Source: a virus. From it: a stretch of 64,000 bases of DNA. The stretch covers positions 13,789 to 77,788 of IMG/VR virus record IMGVR_UViG_3300025276_000027; one strand, given 5' to 3'. Of this stretch, positions 50,329 through 60,404 are shown piece by piece (position 1 is the stretch's first letter; the number at the start of each line of letters is the position of its first letter). A program made the translations under genes and the position numbers. The notes under the pieces were generated by a model. It did no database searches and had not been told where the DNA came from. It worked only from the letters and a program-made list of their open reading frames with translations.

Positions 50329-51948
50329 CTAGAATGATCCTCCTGTAATAGGGTTTCTCATTACAATTTTTAGAACTTTAGTTGGATCCTTAACCCAAAT
50401 AGCTGGCATGGTCTGAGTCATATAAACTCTATATCCATTGAATTGTCCAGTAGAAGCAAACCCTTGAGTTCTTCCCATGTAGTCCATAGTACCATTTTGG
50501 TAGAACCACTTAAGTTGATTATCCCAAGAAAGCTTCAATAAATGGATGTTGTCATTTCCTTCATCTGTTACATCAAATATGATGAAACTAAATGAACTTA
50601 ATGGACGACCATCAATTAATGGATTCTCAATATCATTTGTGTTTAAGTTATCAAATGCAGGATTTAATACAAACTTAACGTTAGCTAAGAATGGAATAGT
50701 AAAGCTTGTGTAAGCAAAACCATAATCTAAATCCATACCAGAACCTTTAACAGCTCCAATATCTGATGCATTTTGTACTAAACCAGAACCATATACTTCA
50801 TCAGCAATTGCTTTGTTGATAAGTTGCATACCTCCAATACCTGTTTGTACAACAAGTGATCTTTGTGGGTCCGGCCCTTTAAATTCAACTTTACCTTGGT
50901 AGAAGTTGTAAAGTTCAGACTTAAACATATCAAGAGTGAATGAAGACTTGTTATATACTCTTTTGAAAGAGTTGTCTAACTGTGCCCATAAACCTACAGA
51001 TAATCTAATATCATCTGGTCCATCTTGTTTAATTCTACCACCTTTACCCCACATTAGGTAAGTTTCAATATCCGTAGCAATTTTAGATAAGTGAGCTGCT
51101 TCCATATTTGTAATGAAAGTTCTTGTAAGAGTTCCATTTTCAAATGCTTCTCTAGCACCAGCTTTACCCATGTTTGCAACAAGTCCTTCAATACTAGGTA
51201 CTGATGGATTGTTTGGATCTGTATTAAAGTTTCTCCAAATTTCAGTAACAGGTACAGTACCATCAGCGTTTAATCCGCCTTTGATCATTAAATCTGCTCT
51301 TGAAGAAATTGAATAGTGTACATGTGCTTCTGCTCCTCCTACAAAGTTGTAGAATTCACGGAAACCAGAACCAGTTTCAATATCAGAGAATCTTTCTCCG
51401 TACTCACCTCTTGCAGAACCTTTTCTGAAGAACTTTGTACCTTTTGCTAAATATTTATTGTCTAAAATAGCACTGTTGTTATTGTTAACTAACTGTACTG
51501 TATAAACAAAACCATCACCTGCAGGAATAATATCATCCGCTGTAATGTATAATTCAAGACCATTATACTTGTCATAAGTAATAATATCACCGTGACCAAA
51601 TGTTCTTTTGTTGATCTTAATTTTGAAGTAGGTTCCATCAATACCTTTGTTAGCGTTAGCTGGTTCAATGTCTGCCACTACATAAGGAAGATCTTGTGCA
51701 ATAGGAGTTTGCCACTTGTACTCACCTCTAGCATTGTCCACCATGATAGTATTCTTACCACCGAAAGAAGCCATTTGATATAAAGGCATTTCTACCTTTT
51801 GGGTCATTGCCCAAAGATCAATTGGTCCCATATCCATAGGCTCAGGGTTACCAAGCATTTGGGTAAGGTGATACGAATCAACATGAGAACTAGCTTTGTA
51901 GCTTGTATCACGTAGGAAAATCCCATTATTTAAAACTGGAGTTGCCAT
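50329..51948 (-). CDS. Major capsid protein (crAss-like, HK97 fold)
   Basis: Portal-scaffold-MCP order, strongly biased codon usage, EYKW, LMWG, GLWAQL, TGIGG, P.FD and IWVKDPTK motifs. Followed by a terminator. Confidence 0.9.
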   Translation of the reverse strand: MATPVLNNGIFLRDTSYKASSHVDSYHLTQMLGNPEPMDMGPIDLWAMTQKVEMPLYQMASFGGKNTIMVDNARGEYKWQTPIAQDLPYVVADIEPANANKGIDGTYFKIKINKRTFGHGDIITYDKYNGLELYITADDIIPAGDGFVYTVQLVNNNNSAILDNKYLAKGTKFFRKGSARGEYGERFSDIETGSGFREFYNFVGGAEAHVHYSISSRADLMIKGGLNADGTVPVTEIWRNFNTDPNNPSVPSIEGLVANMGKAGAREAFENGTLTRTFITNMEAAHLSKIATDIETYLMWGKGGRIKQDGPDDIRLSVGLWAQLDNSFKRVYNKSSFTLDMFKSELYNFYQGKVEFKGPDPQRSLVVQTGIGGMQLINKAIADEVYGSGLVQNASDIGAVKGSGMDLDYGFAYTSFTIPFLANVKFVLNPAFDNLNTNDIENPLIDGRPLSSFSFIIFDVTDEGNDNIHLLKLSWDNQLKWFYQNGTMDYMGRTQGFASTGQFNGYRVYMTQTMPAIWVKDPTKVLKIVMRNPITGGSF

Positions 51949-52028
51949 AATTTTGATTGTTTTTAATTGTTAATAATTGTTTTACTCTGTTATATTTAAT
52001 CTATCTAATTAAATTCTTTTAAATACTT

Positions 52029-53318
52029 TTACATTCTTTTAAAAATGTTTGTTGGTCTGGCTAATTTTTTTCTAGAACTTTTCTTTTCTGCTTCAGCTCT
52101 ATTAACACCTAATGATGCTCCTCCAGCATTTGCTTGTTCTGTCTTCAGTTTTCTAACTGTTTTCTCTACACTTTGTTGAGCTCCTTTATCCATGATTTTT
52201 GCTTTGTATCCTGTAGGATCCTGTAATAACCATAGAGCTTCAGATATTAATCCATAATTTGGCTCAACAAATTGATACTTTTCTAGTAAGTGACCTAATA
52301 GATTAGTATTAGTTCCACTAACGGATGGGTAATTAGGTTGTACTAAACCATTATATAACATAGCTTGAGTTTTTCTATCTACTTTGACATCTCCTAGTTT
52401 ACCATCTTTTAATGTATCATATACATTTTTCATATATGCTTTAGATGCATTTTCTTGTTGCTTCTTCTTAAGCTCTTGCTCTTGAAGTTTTTGTGCAACA
52501 ACTTTTTCTTGCATCTTATCTAACTTAGGTTTAAACTTATTAGCTTGTTGTTCTAACTTACCTAAGTCTTTCCATATTTCAATTTCTTCTTGAATCTCTT
52601 CTTGAGTACCGTAACCAGTAGCTCCTAAGTATTCGGATATAATTTTTTCTTGATCATTAGCTTTTTTAACATCAAGACTTTTACTTTCTTCAACATGTGA
52701 TAATGTTGAAAATAATGCTTTAAGGTCTTTACCTCCATCAGCAACATATTTAGCTGCTATTTGTAATTCTTCTGGTAAAGATTGAAAAAACTGCTTAGGT
52801 GTTTCACGTCTTACTTGATTAGCTTTTTCATCTAAATTAGCTTGAATTAACTCTTCCCAATCCTTTGCACTATATTCTGATAAATCTTTATCATCATCAA
52901 AAGGAACAATTTTATCTTCTTTAATTAATTTAGAAAATACATCAGATATACCTGAAATTGCTTTTCTTCCTTTTTTAGGTTTCAAATTAGAATCATCTTC
53001 TGCATCATCTTCTGATGACCCATCTAATGTATCTAAAATGCTATCCACATTTTCTTCTTCTGCTTCAGGTTGAGGTATCTCTTCTTCCTTCTCAGATTTT
53101 TCTTCTGCTTTAGAAGTTATATCATCTACTCCATCATTATCTGGATCTGCAAATGACATATCTGCTTTCTCATTTAAACCACTAAAAATATTTTTAGGTT
53201 TATTTGAGTCTGGTGAAATTATATCAGCACCACTTGGAGCAGCATTGAATATTTCATCTAAATTAACGTCTACTTGTTCTACGTTACTTTTCACTGATTC
53301 TGTTTGAGTTGTACTCAT
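52029..53318 (-). CDS. Capsid scaffolding-like protein (429 aa)
   Basis: Very acidic disordered N-terminus, coiled coil and basic C-terminus. Located between portal and MCP. Confidence 0.7.
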   Translation of the reverse strand: MSTTQTESVKSNVEQVDVNLDEIFNAAPSGADIISPDSNKPKNIFSGLNEKADMSFADPDNDGVDDITSKAEEKSEKEEEIPQPEAEEENVDSILDTLDGSSEDDAEDDSNLKPKKGRKAISGISDVFSKLIKEDKIVPFDDDKDLSEYSAKDWEELIQANLDEKANQVRRETPKQFFQSLPEELQIAAKYVADGGKDLKALFSTLSHVEESKSLDVKKANDQEKIISEYLGATGYGTQEEIQEEIEIWKDLGKLEQQANKFKPKLDKMQEKVVAQKLQEQELKKKQQENASKAYMKNVYDTLKDGKLGDVKVDRKTQAMLYNGLVQPNYPSVSGTNTNLLGHLLEKYQFVEPNYGLISEALWLLQDPTGYKAKIMDKGAQQSVEKTVRKLKTEQANAGGASLGVNRAEAEKKSSRKKLARPTNIFKRM

Positions 53319-53357
53319 AATTATGTTGGTTTTAATAATTAATATTCCTTACATATA

Positions 53358-53368
53358 TAATATACGTA
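53358..53368 (-). promoter_or_regulatory. TACGTATATTA putative late promoter
   Basis: Core GTATATTA upstream of the scaffold-MCP block. Confidence 0.5.
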
Positions 53369-53438
53369 AACTTTATATTATAAACTTAAAATATTTGTGG
53401 AAAAAGTAAAATAATTAGCAGTATATAGCTAACGCTAA

Positions 53439-56186
53439 TTATTTTTTATCTGATTCTTTAGAATCATATTTATTTTTGTTTTCTTTAGCTATTTGGAGTT
53501 TTGTATTTGCTACTTCCTTTTGAGCATTAATCTTTTCTCTTTCAACTTGAAGTCTAGAATTTTCCATCATAGATTTTGTACTATTCTCTTGACGTTTCAT
53601 ATTCATTTGCTCACGGTATTGAGTTGTCTGCCTAATATCCTTCATAGCATCTTGAAAATCAGATACTTGATTTTGATTTATATCAGCTTGAGAACCAAAT
53701 CCTGCTGATCTAATCTCTGCAATTGTAACATCATTTTGTCTATCTTTAGCATTTTCACCCATTTCAACTTCAAGTTTTTGTTGCTCCTCTTGTGCTTTAG
53801 CTTGTAGTTGTTGTTCTTGCATTTGACGTTGTTGTTGCATATCTTGTTCTCTCTGTGCTTGTATTCTTGTTTCAGAATCTTTAAGTATATCAGTTACTTC
53901 AGCAATTGAGTCTGCTTTAACAATATTTCCAAGTTCATATATACTTGCACCAGTAGTATTATTTGTTAAAGCCATTTGTTTAAGGTTTTCAAGAATGGCT
54001 CTGTGATTAGTTTTAGTAGTTGCAAATACATTAAAATCTCTAAGTAATAGTTCAGTACCATTAATAGCAAAATTAACCGTCTCAGCTTCTGTAGAGATAT
54101 ATTGTAATCTTAAACTTGGATTAGTACTATAATAAAATTGTGCTAAATCAGTTCTCATTTGATGCACCCTTGGCATTAAATGGTCTGAATGTTGTACAAA
54201 ATACATTTCTGTTTGTGCATATGACTGTTGCATAGCTTGAACAACTCCTGTAGCTGTTTGTGCAGATACAGCACCACCAAGACGTTGTGGATTAATACCA
54301 ATTGCATCAAAACATTGTTGTTTAAAATAATTAGCTAATTGAATTCTAGACATTAACCTATTAGTTTGCTCCATATTTAGAGTTTGATAATGGTTAAAGT
54401 TAGTAGCATTCTCAGTATTAGTAATAGATGTATCTAATGGTAGCATTTGAAAATCTTTCATAGCTACAAATGCTTTTGCATAATTGTTTTTACCCCAGTC
54501 TTCTCCCATTGAATGACGTGGTAATGCATTTTGATCAAACATTATTACTGTTCCTAATTCATCTATTAAAATATCAGCAATCTGGTTATTAACCATATTG
54601 TATCCAACTTGATAAGCTTTCATTAAATCTACTAAAGATGTAGATCTAGTATTTCTATCAGAGAATACTCTACCTTCTACAGGAAGTTTACATCCATAAA
54701 GTGTATTATTCCCTTTAAATTGAAAAGGTAATCTACCAGGTTTAGTTCTATTTATACCAATATAAATTGGATTAATATTATCTCCCATAGTTGATTGCCA
54801 CATAGCAGGTAAATTTGGACCAATTTTAACACCACCCCAAACTTCATTTATCCAAATCCATTCTATATGTTCTCCCTCTAATAAATTTTCTTTTGTTTTT
54901 TGTTTAAATATTGACGTATCATATACTGCTTTTTTAGAAATCTTAAATGTTTCATCAACTATTTCTTGAGTAACTTCTCCGTCTGATTCTATCTTAGTTA
55001 AGTGACCTATTCTACGTTGTGTCTTCCAATATATTGTAGCAATACGCATAAGGTTACCTTCACCCCACATAGATATATCTTCATTTTCATCTAGTATCTC
55101 ACTTAAAATATCACCTCCATTGGCTGGATCATTATGATAGTTACTTGTAAATTGTCTGTATGCTAAACCTGGCATGTTTGTATTCCACTCATGAGATCTT
55201 GTAGCATCATAATAAGCACCATCATTTTGATAACCATTTACTTGATACTGTGCTGATCTAGCTGGATATATTTTTTGTAAGGATTTTAATTGTTTCTCAT
55301 CCATTAAATAACCATATCTATCTACTACATCTGATACAGTCATTAGATCTACTTTACCAGCATAATTTGAGTCTGCTATATATCTTTGATCTGGAGATTT
55401 TTGATAAAAAGTTAATACTGGATTCCACAACTCTACATCATAGTCATCTTCTAACATACGGAAATGCCAAAATTCTCTATCTGCAATAAGCATATCACGG
55501 AAACCTCTTTCTTCAAGTTCTTGCATTTTAAATCTTTCTTCATCTACTGCAAGTTGGTGGGATGCCCACTCTTCAACCATACTTCTATAAGACTTACTAA
55601 AAAAATCTTCTATCTCTGGTAATGATTTTAATCCTTCTGGTGATAATTGTTGTTGAGCTTCTTCTGAAGCAGGGTCCATACCCATCTCAATCATCTTACG
55701 TACTAAGTTAGCTTCTGCATCTGCTAATAATGCTTCTTCAACTTGTATCTTTTTTTGTTCTAACATCTCATTATAAGATGCATCATCTACTGCTCTAAAT
55801 TGTACTTTTGTATACCTCTTAGAAAATTCACCTGTTAAAACATTTATAACATTAGGTACAATAGGATAAAACTTTAATTCTAAAGCTGAATCATTTTCAG
55901 CTGTAAGAGTATCCATAAGATCTTTATACTCATTATCTGGCTCAACAATATAATCAGTTTTATCAATTACGCCTTTTGCAAGTTTATAATTTTTAAGTAA
56001 TCTTCTTGAATTTACCTTTAAGAATTCAATACCTTGGAGTTCTAACCAATCTAAATTCCAAGCAGCCCAACTATCAGTTTTTTCTTTGTAAGGTAAAAAT
56101 TGAACTGGCTGGGTTAAACTAGAAAATGTAGGCCCGCTTTCAGCTTTTGCCCCATTTTTCATTTGCATGGCGTTTAATACTCTCAT
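53439..56186 (-). CDS. Portal protein (915 aa)
   Basis: YPIVPNVINVLTGE, WIWINEVWGGVKIG, GINPQRLG motifs and Q-rich C-terminal coil. Follows TerL. Confidence 0.9.
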   Translation of the reverse strand: MRVLNAMQMKNGAKAESGPTFSSLTQPVQFLPYKEKTDSWAAWNLDWLELQGIEFLKVNSRRLLKNYKLAKGVIDKTDYIVEPDNEYKDLMDTLTAENDSALELKFYPIVPNVINVLTGEFSKRYTKVQFRAVDDASYNEMLEQKKIQVEEALLADAEANLVRKMIEMGMDPASEEAQQQLSPEGLKSLPEIEDFFSKSYRSMVEEWASHQLAVDEERFKMQELEERGFRDMLIADREFWHFRMLEDDYDVELWNPVLTFYQKSPDQRYIADSNYAGKVDLMTVSDVVDRYGYLMDEKQLKSLQKIYPARSAQYQVNGYQNDGAYYDATRSHEWNTNMPGLAYRQFTSNYHNDPANGGDILSEILDENEDISMWGEGNLMRIATIYWKTQRRIGHLTKIESDGEVTQEIVDETFKISKKAVYDTSIFKQKTKENLLEGEHIEWIWINEVWGGVKIGPNLPAMWQSTMGDNINPIYIGINRTKPGRLPFQFKGNNTLYGCKLPVEGRVFSDRNTRSTSLVDLMKAYQVGYNMVNNQIADILIDELGTVIMFDQNALPRHSMGEDWGKNNYAKAFVAMKDFQMLPLDTSITNTENATNFNHYQTLNMEQTNRLMSRIQLANYFKQQCFDAIGINPQRLGGAVSAQTATGVVQAMQQSYAQTEMYFVQHSDHLMPRVHQMRTDLAQFYYSTNPSLRLQYISTEAETVNFAINGTELLLRDFNVFATTKTNHRAILENLKQMALTNNTTGASIYELGNIVKADSIAEVTDILKDSETRIQAQREQDMQQQRQMQEQQLQAKAQEEQQKLEVEMGENAKDRQNDVTIAEIRSAGFGSQADINQNQVSDFQDAMKDIRQTTQYREQMNMKRQENSTKSMMENSRLQVEREKINAQKEVANTKLQIAKENKNKYDSKESDKK

Positions 56187-56196
56187 GTTGTTTTAT

Positions 56197-58386
56197 CTAT
56201 TTAATATTTTTAAATCCTGATCTTCTTATTTTTGATCCCCCCAGACTTTTTTTACGCCCAATATTTTTAAACGGACTACTATACTTTAATTTACTTATTT
56301 TTTCTGAGTTTACCAAGGAATTGTTGTCTGATTCACGCCTTTTAGAGTATCCTCTATTTGATTGTTGTATTTTAGCAAATGCTATTAAAGCTCCGAATGT
56401 AACTAATCTATCTACGTTCAATCCTGGATAATAAGCTAACATTTCCTTTATAAGCATTGGGTCAGGTATTCTTTCTACCCCTAATGTTTGAGACATAACA
56501 GCTCCATGTTCATCTGTTTCTTCATGAATACTTTCTCTTAAGAACTCAATTGCATAAGAAATCAAATGACTTTTAAATAATGTTCCGGTATTCTTCCATC
56601 CATATTCTGCAAATACAGTTCTGTTAGATCCTAAATCTTTTAGGAAAAGTATTTGTTGTTTAGGTACTAAATACTTTTGTTTTTTTCTAGCAATCATATG
56701 CTGAATAAATAATGAAATATTATTCTCAACAATAGTCCAAGCATTATACCATTCAATTAATAATTCTAATCTTTCATGTGTTTTATTAATATCATCAAAT
56801 CTACCACACCATGCTGCAACAATTTTATCTCTTTCTATAAATTGCTCAACATCTCCAGCACCTATCTCTCTTGTTACTTCAGTAGCATTTTTATAAATAT
56901 ATATACTACATAATGAATCTGATGTAGTTGTTTTACCTTCTGACACAGGATCAATAGAACCATAATATGCACCAAAGCCTGGTTTATCTACTGGTCTTTC
57001 CCATACTACTATACTTCCTGTTTTATCTTGTTGTTTTTTATTTACTGGAAAATCACTAATGGGTAATTTTGTTGTACGTTTAGCAACAATGCCTGTTTGA
57101 TCTCTGTCAAGTTCAATAAGCTCATAAGGATATTCTTTTTCTTCAATCTTTTTTAATTGCTTACTTAATATACCTTGTGGAAATACAGATTCTTTTCTAT
57201 AAGCAAATGCTTCAGCAATGTTAAGTGGTTTTTGTGAAATTCTTAATTGGTATTGTTCTCCACTTAATTCATTTTTCCATCTTGATCTTTCATTATTAAT
57301 TGCTATTATTGCTTCTTCTATTTCTGAGTTACCAAATCTATCTATATAAGGAGGCATAGACCATTGTTCAGGAATAAATAAGCCTGCCATACCAATAGTG
57401 CCATCAGCATCCATTAGATTCGTTTCTACAGCATATATATCATTTGCATTAGGATTTAGTATCATATCCTTTAATGGATTGCATTGTTCTAAATCACCCA
57501 CTGAACCAGCAGCAATAAATTGACCTGTTGTCATCATACCAGAAGACATAGCAGGACGCAAGTACTCATAGGTCTGCATCATATTTTTAGCAATACCAGC
57601 CTCCTCATGAAAAAAATATGTACATGGTCCCCCTACTCCTGTGGTGGCATTCTTTTCAAAAGAAGCACCTTGTATCTTTGATTTAAGACCTCTTGATGTT
57701 TTTCTGTTGTTTATTTTTACTTCAATCTGTTGTTGCCAAAGTAAAACCTTCTCAGGATTGCTAGGTCTATACCATGCAGTGTGTTCATTAAGAAAAGTTT
57801 TATATTCTTCTAAAAATTTCCATGAACCTTTATCATTTATATAATCTTTTAATGATGCACCAATTTTACATATAGAACCTTCTTCAAACCAATATTGATT
57901 AAGAAGTTTTGCCATATGAAAATAAGAAGAAGCTATTTGCCTTTTTTTAAGTATTGCTACATGTTGATTATTTAATTCAGCAATAATTTCATATAATGCC
58001 ATGTGGTATTGTGCATCTCTTACTTTTGCAAACCCATACTTTTTTTCTTCTTTGTCAAAAATTGGTAAAAAATTAAGCCACATATAGTAATCTCTAGTGA
58101 GATACCAAGTATTATTCTTTACTTTGTATATTACACCAGTTCTACATTTGTTTTTTTGATCTTCCCAATAAGCAGTAAAATCTTTAGATCTAAAAGGAGC
58201 ACTACAGTAGTTACCTTCTGCATTAAACCTTTTTGCTTCTTCATTAAAAAGCCAAGCAGTAGTATCAAAATTATACTGACCAGGCTCTTTAAATATAGAT
58301 TCTAAAAATTCTCTGAATTCATTATCTGAAGCAAACTCTATAGTTGACCACTTATGATTTTCAAATAAGGGTACAATTCTACTCAT
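56197..58386 (-). CDS. terL: Terminase large subunit
   Basis: Walker A-like LKKRQIASSY, Walker B FFHEEAG, RNase H-like nuclease GSIDPV, VENN and NVDRL. Confidence 0.93.
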   Translation of the reverse strand: MSRIVPLFENHKWSTIEFASDNEFREFLESIFKEPGQYNFDTTAWLFNEEAKRFNAEGNYCSAPFRSKDFTAYWEDQKNKCRTGVIYKVKNNTWYLTRDYYMWLNFLPIFDKEEKKYGFAKVRDAQYHMALYEIIAELNNQHVAILKKRQIASSYFHMAKLLNQYWFEEGSICKIGASLKDYINDKGSWKFLEEYKTFLNEHTAWYRPSNPEKVLLWQQQIEVKINNRKTSRGLKSKIQGASFEKNATTGVGGPCTYFFHEEAGIAKNMMQTYEYLRPAMSSGMMTTGQFIAAGSVGDLEQCNPLKDMILNPNANDIYAVETNLMDADGTIGMAGLFIPEQWSMPPYIDRFGNSEIEEAIIAINNERSRWKNELSGEQYQLRISQKPLNIAEAFAYRKESVFPQGILSKQLKKIEEKEYPYELIELDRDQTGIVAKRTTKLPISDFPVNKKQQDKTGSIVVWERPVDKPGFGAYYGSIDPVSEGKTTTSDSLCSIYIYKNATEVTREIGAGDVEQFIERDKIVAAWCGRFDDINKTHERLELLIEWYNAWTIVENNISLFIQHMIARKKQKYLVPKQQILFLKDLGSNRTVFAEYGWKNTGTLFKSHLISYAIEFLRESIHEETDEHGAVMSQTLGVERIPDPMLIKEMLAYYPGLNVDRLVTFGALIAFAKIQQSNRGYSKRRESDNNSLVNSEKISKLKYSSPFKNIGRKKSLGGSKIRRSGFKNIK

Positions 58387-58654
58387 CTCTTATAATAGCA
58401 TATACATCTCCTAATTGTAATAATAAATGTTCTTCACCTTGGTGAGTCATTGGAGTTGGCATAGCATGTTCTGCATATCTTACTACATCCCCAATTCCTA
58501 TTTCATTTATACCTTCTCCTTTGCCTACTACTCTTCCTTCATAAGTTGTTTTCTGTGCTATTGTAGGAATAATAAGTCCTGAAGCAGTTTTAGTTGCTGC
58601 TTTAATTTCTTTAATTAATAATTTCTGTCCTACTGGAATAATTTTTTGTGCCAT
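58379..58654 (-). CDS. groES: Co-chaperonin GroES (Cpn10)
   Basis: IPVGQKLLIK, mobile loop KTASGLIIP, GRVVGKG, GDVVRY, DVYAII. Confidence 0.93.
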   Translation of the reverse strand: MAQKIIPVGQKLLIKEIKAATKTASGLIIPTIAQKTTYEGRVVGKGEGINEIGIGDVVRYAEHAMPTPMTHQGEEHLLLQLGDVYAIIRDE

Positions 58655-58666
58655 AATTTTTGATTT

Positions 58667-59185
58667 TTATAATTGGTCATAAGCTAAACCTGCACCACCA
58701 CGTACAGAGCTATCCTGTTCTTGTCTCATATCTGTAAATGCACCTTTGTATGATTGCCTTATCTGTTCAAATTTAGCAGCTGCATTAACCATTGAATTAA
58801 TATTTCCATCTCTACCATGTTCAATTGCTGTTACTTCCATGTACTTAGCTAATCTATCTAGCATAGATTTTATACCTACATAAGCTCTATATGTTGGTGT
58901 TTGATACATTTTTTCACACATTGCTTTAGCATATCTTATTGATGGATCTTCCGTTGATTCTTCAAGTTTTATCTCTTCAATAATAATATCTTCCTTTTCA
59001 TGTTCCGGTAAATTAAAGAAAGGATTTAAATCTGGGTTAGGACATGTCATATAAAACAAATATTTATATACAGCCATATGTGTCTCCGGATATTCATCCA
59101 TAAGTTTCTTTAAAAAAGGTAATGCATAGCAATGTTCTGTTACTACTAATTCACTATTTTCTATATCAAATAATCTTACTATCAT
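58667..59185 (-). CDS. Conserved helical protein (172 aa), candidate terminase small subunit
   Basis: Helical protein ending SVRGG, two genes upstream of TerL. Function inferred from synteny only. Confidence 0.4.
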   Translation of the reverse strand: MIVRLFDIENSELVVTEHCYALPFLKKLMDEYPETHMAVYKYLFYMTCPNPDLNPFFNLPEHEKEDIIIEEIKLEESTEDPSIRYAKAMCEKMYQTPTYRAYVGIKSMLDRLAKYMEVTAIEHGRDGNINSMVNAAAKFEQIRQSYKGAFTDMRQEQDSSVRGGAGLAYDQL

Positions 59186-59994
59186 TTATTGTCTTTTATC
59201 CACATTATTAAAGACCTTACTTCATCTTTTAAATATGGTAATTCATAAAGTTTTATTGTATCTAAAACTGGTTCTCCATTAACGTGTTCATTAATTGGAT
59301 AGCCAAATTTGTCTTCTCCAACTTGTTTAAATTTAACATGTTGAATTGTCATTTTGCCTATTTTAAGTTTAGGGTTATGCTTTTTAATAATATACATGTA
59401 TATACTTAATTGTAAATTATAGTGGTTAATATTACAATCATCTAAATGACCAATTGGTTTATACATTTTATTTGTTATACCTTCCCAATTTGTAAAACCT
59501 TTTTCCTTTATTTCTTTATTTGTTTTATAATCATTTATATTTATTACCCCATCTACTACTTCTACAACATCAGCCTGACCACATAATCCAACAGATTTTA
59601 AATATACTAAATGTTCAGGATATAATCCATTTTCTAACTTTTGATCTGGAGAAAATTTAACACCATTCTCATCTATTAAAGGTTTAATAATAGGTACTTC
59701 TACACCATTACGCTCTATTGTTTTAAAATCAAGCATATCAGCTTCTCTTTGGTTATGATAGAAATTACCTAAAGTTATAGCTCTATCTGTTTCACCGTCC
59801 CATGCTGCAATAATTTCTTTTGGAGTCATACCATACCACTTAGACCTTTTATTCTTTGATGACTTTTTTGCTTGTCCATCTCTATCAAATTTAGGTTTAA
59901 ACTTACCTATAAAAGATGTTACACCAGTCCATTGAATCTTATCTTGATCTATACTTTCATATATGTGACCTTCTTCTTGAAATTTTATTGCCAT
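59182..59994 (-). CDS. PD-(D/E)XK exonuclease
   Basis: GNFYH, PEHLVY, GLCGQADVV, INDYKTNK and YNLQLSIY motifs. Confidence 0.85.
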   Translation of the reverse strand: MAIKFQEEGHIYESIDQDKIQWTGVTSFIGKFKPKFDRDGQAKKSSKNKRSKWYGMTPKEIIAAWDGETDRAITLGNFYHNQREADMLDFKTIERNGVEVPIIKPLIDENGVKFSPDQKLENGLYPEHLVYLKSVGLCGQADVVEVVDGVININDYKTNKEIKEKGFTNWEGITNKMYKPIGHLDDCNINHYNLQLSIYMYIIKKHNPKLKIGKMTIQHVKFKQVGEDKFGYPINEHVNGEPVLDTIKLYELPYLKDEVRSLIMWIKDNK

Positions 59995-59998
59995 AGTA

Positions 59999-60088
59999 TT
60001 ATGTTATTGTGGTATACCACCAACTACTTTCATCATTAGTGTTTACCGTTGTTACTTCTTTATTTAGATGATAATTAATTTGTATCAT
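59999..60088 (-). CDS. Small ORF (29 aa) MIQINYHLNKEVTTVNTNDESSWWYTTIT
   Basis: Below the track cutoff. ATG overlaps the end of the upstream gene and the TAA ends 4 nt before the nuclease ATG, exactly filling the gap. Confidence 0.4.
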   Translation of the reverse strand: MIQINYHLNKEVTTVNTNDESSWWYTTIT

Positions 60089-60404
60089 TATTGTTTATTA
60101 AATTATTAATTAATTCTTCTTCTTCTTCAGATGTTAATGCATCCCAAAAACCTTTTGGACATTCAGAAGATAATGATCTAACCTTAAATCCTAAACTGCA
60201 ACCACAATCTGAACAACATGGTTGAGTACCTGGAGCTAAACAATCTTTACCTTGAGCATCAAACAAAGAACATTTAATACATGTTTGAAATCTATCTGTA
60301 GCTACAGCTTCAACATGTTCTTTTTTAAAAATGTTATTTTTAATACCTTCAGCAATCTTATCACCATTTTTAAATATAGATAAATATTTAGTCCATGTTT
60401 TCAT
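60075..60404 (-). CDS. Zn-binding Cys-rich protein (DUF6171-like), 109 aa
   Basis: R..C..C...C..CGC...K......CP.G.W pattern. Confidence 0.6.
   Translation of the reverse strand: MKTWTKYLSIFKNGDKIAEGIKNNIFKKEHVEAVATDRFQTCIKCSLFDAQGKDCLAPGTQPCCSDCGCSLGFKVRSLSSECPKGFWDALTSEEEEELINNLINNNDTN

Noticed and set aside
50262-50331. Possible read-through or frameshift fusing the MCP to the 64-aa fibre-tip ORF
   Set aside because: TAG is followed two codons later by TAA, the 67-nt gap is out of frame, and it contains a terminator.
51054-51263. 69-aa alternative-frame ORF inside the MCP gene
   Set aside because: Leu/Lys-rich off-frame product typical of AT-rich coding sequence, with no independent initiation signal.
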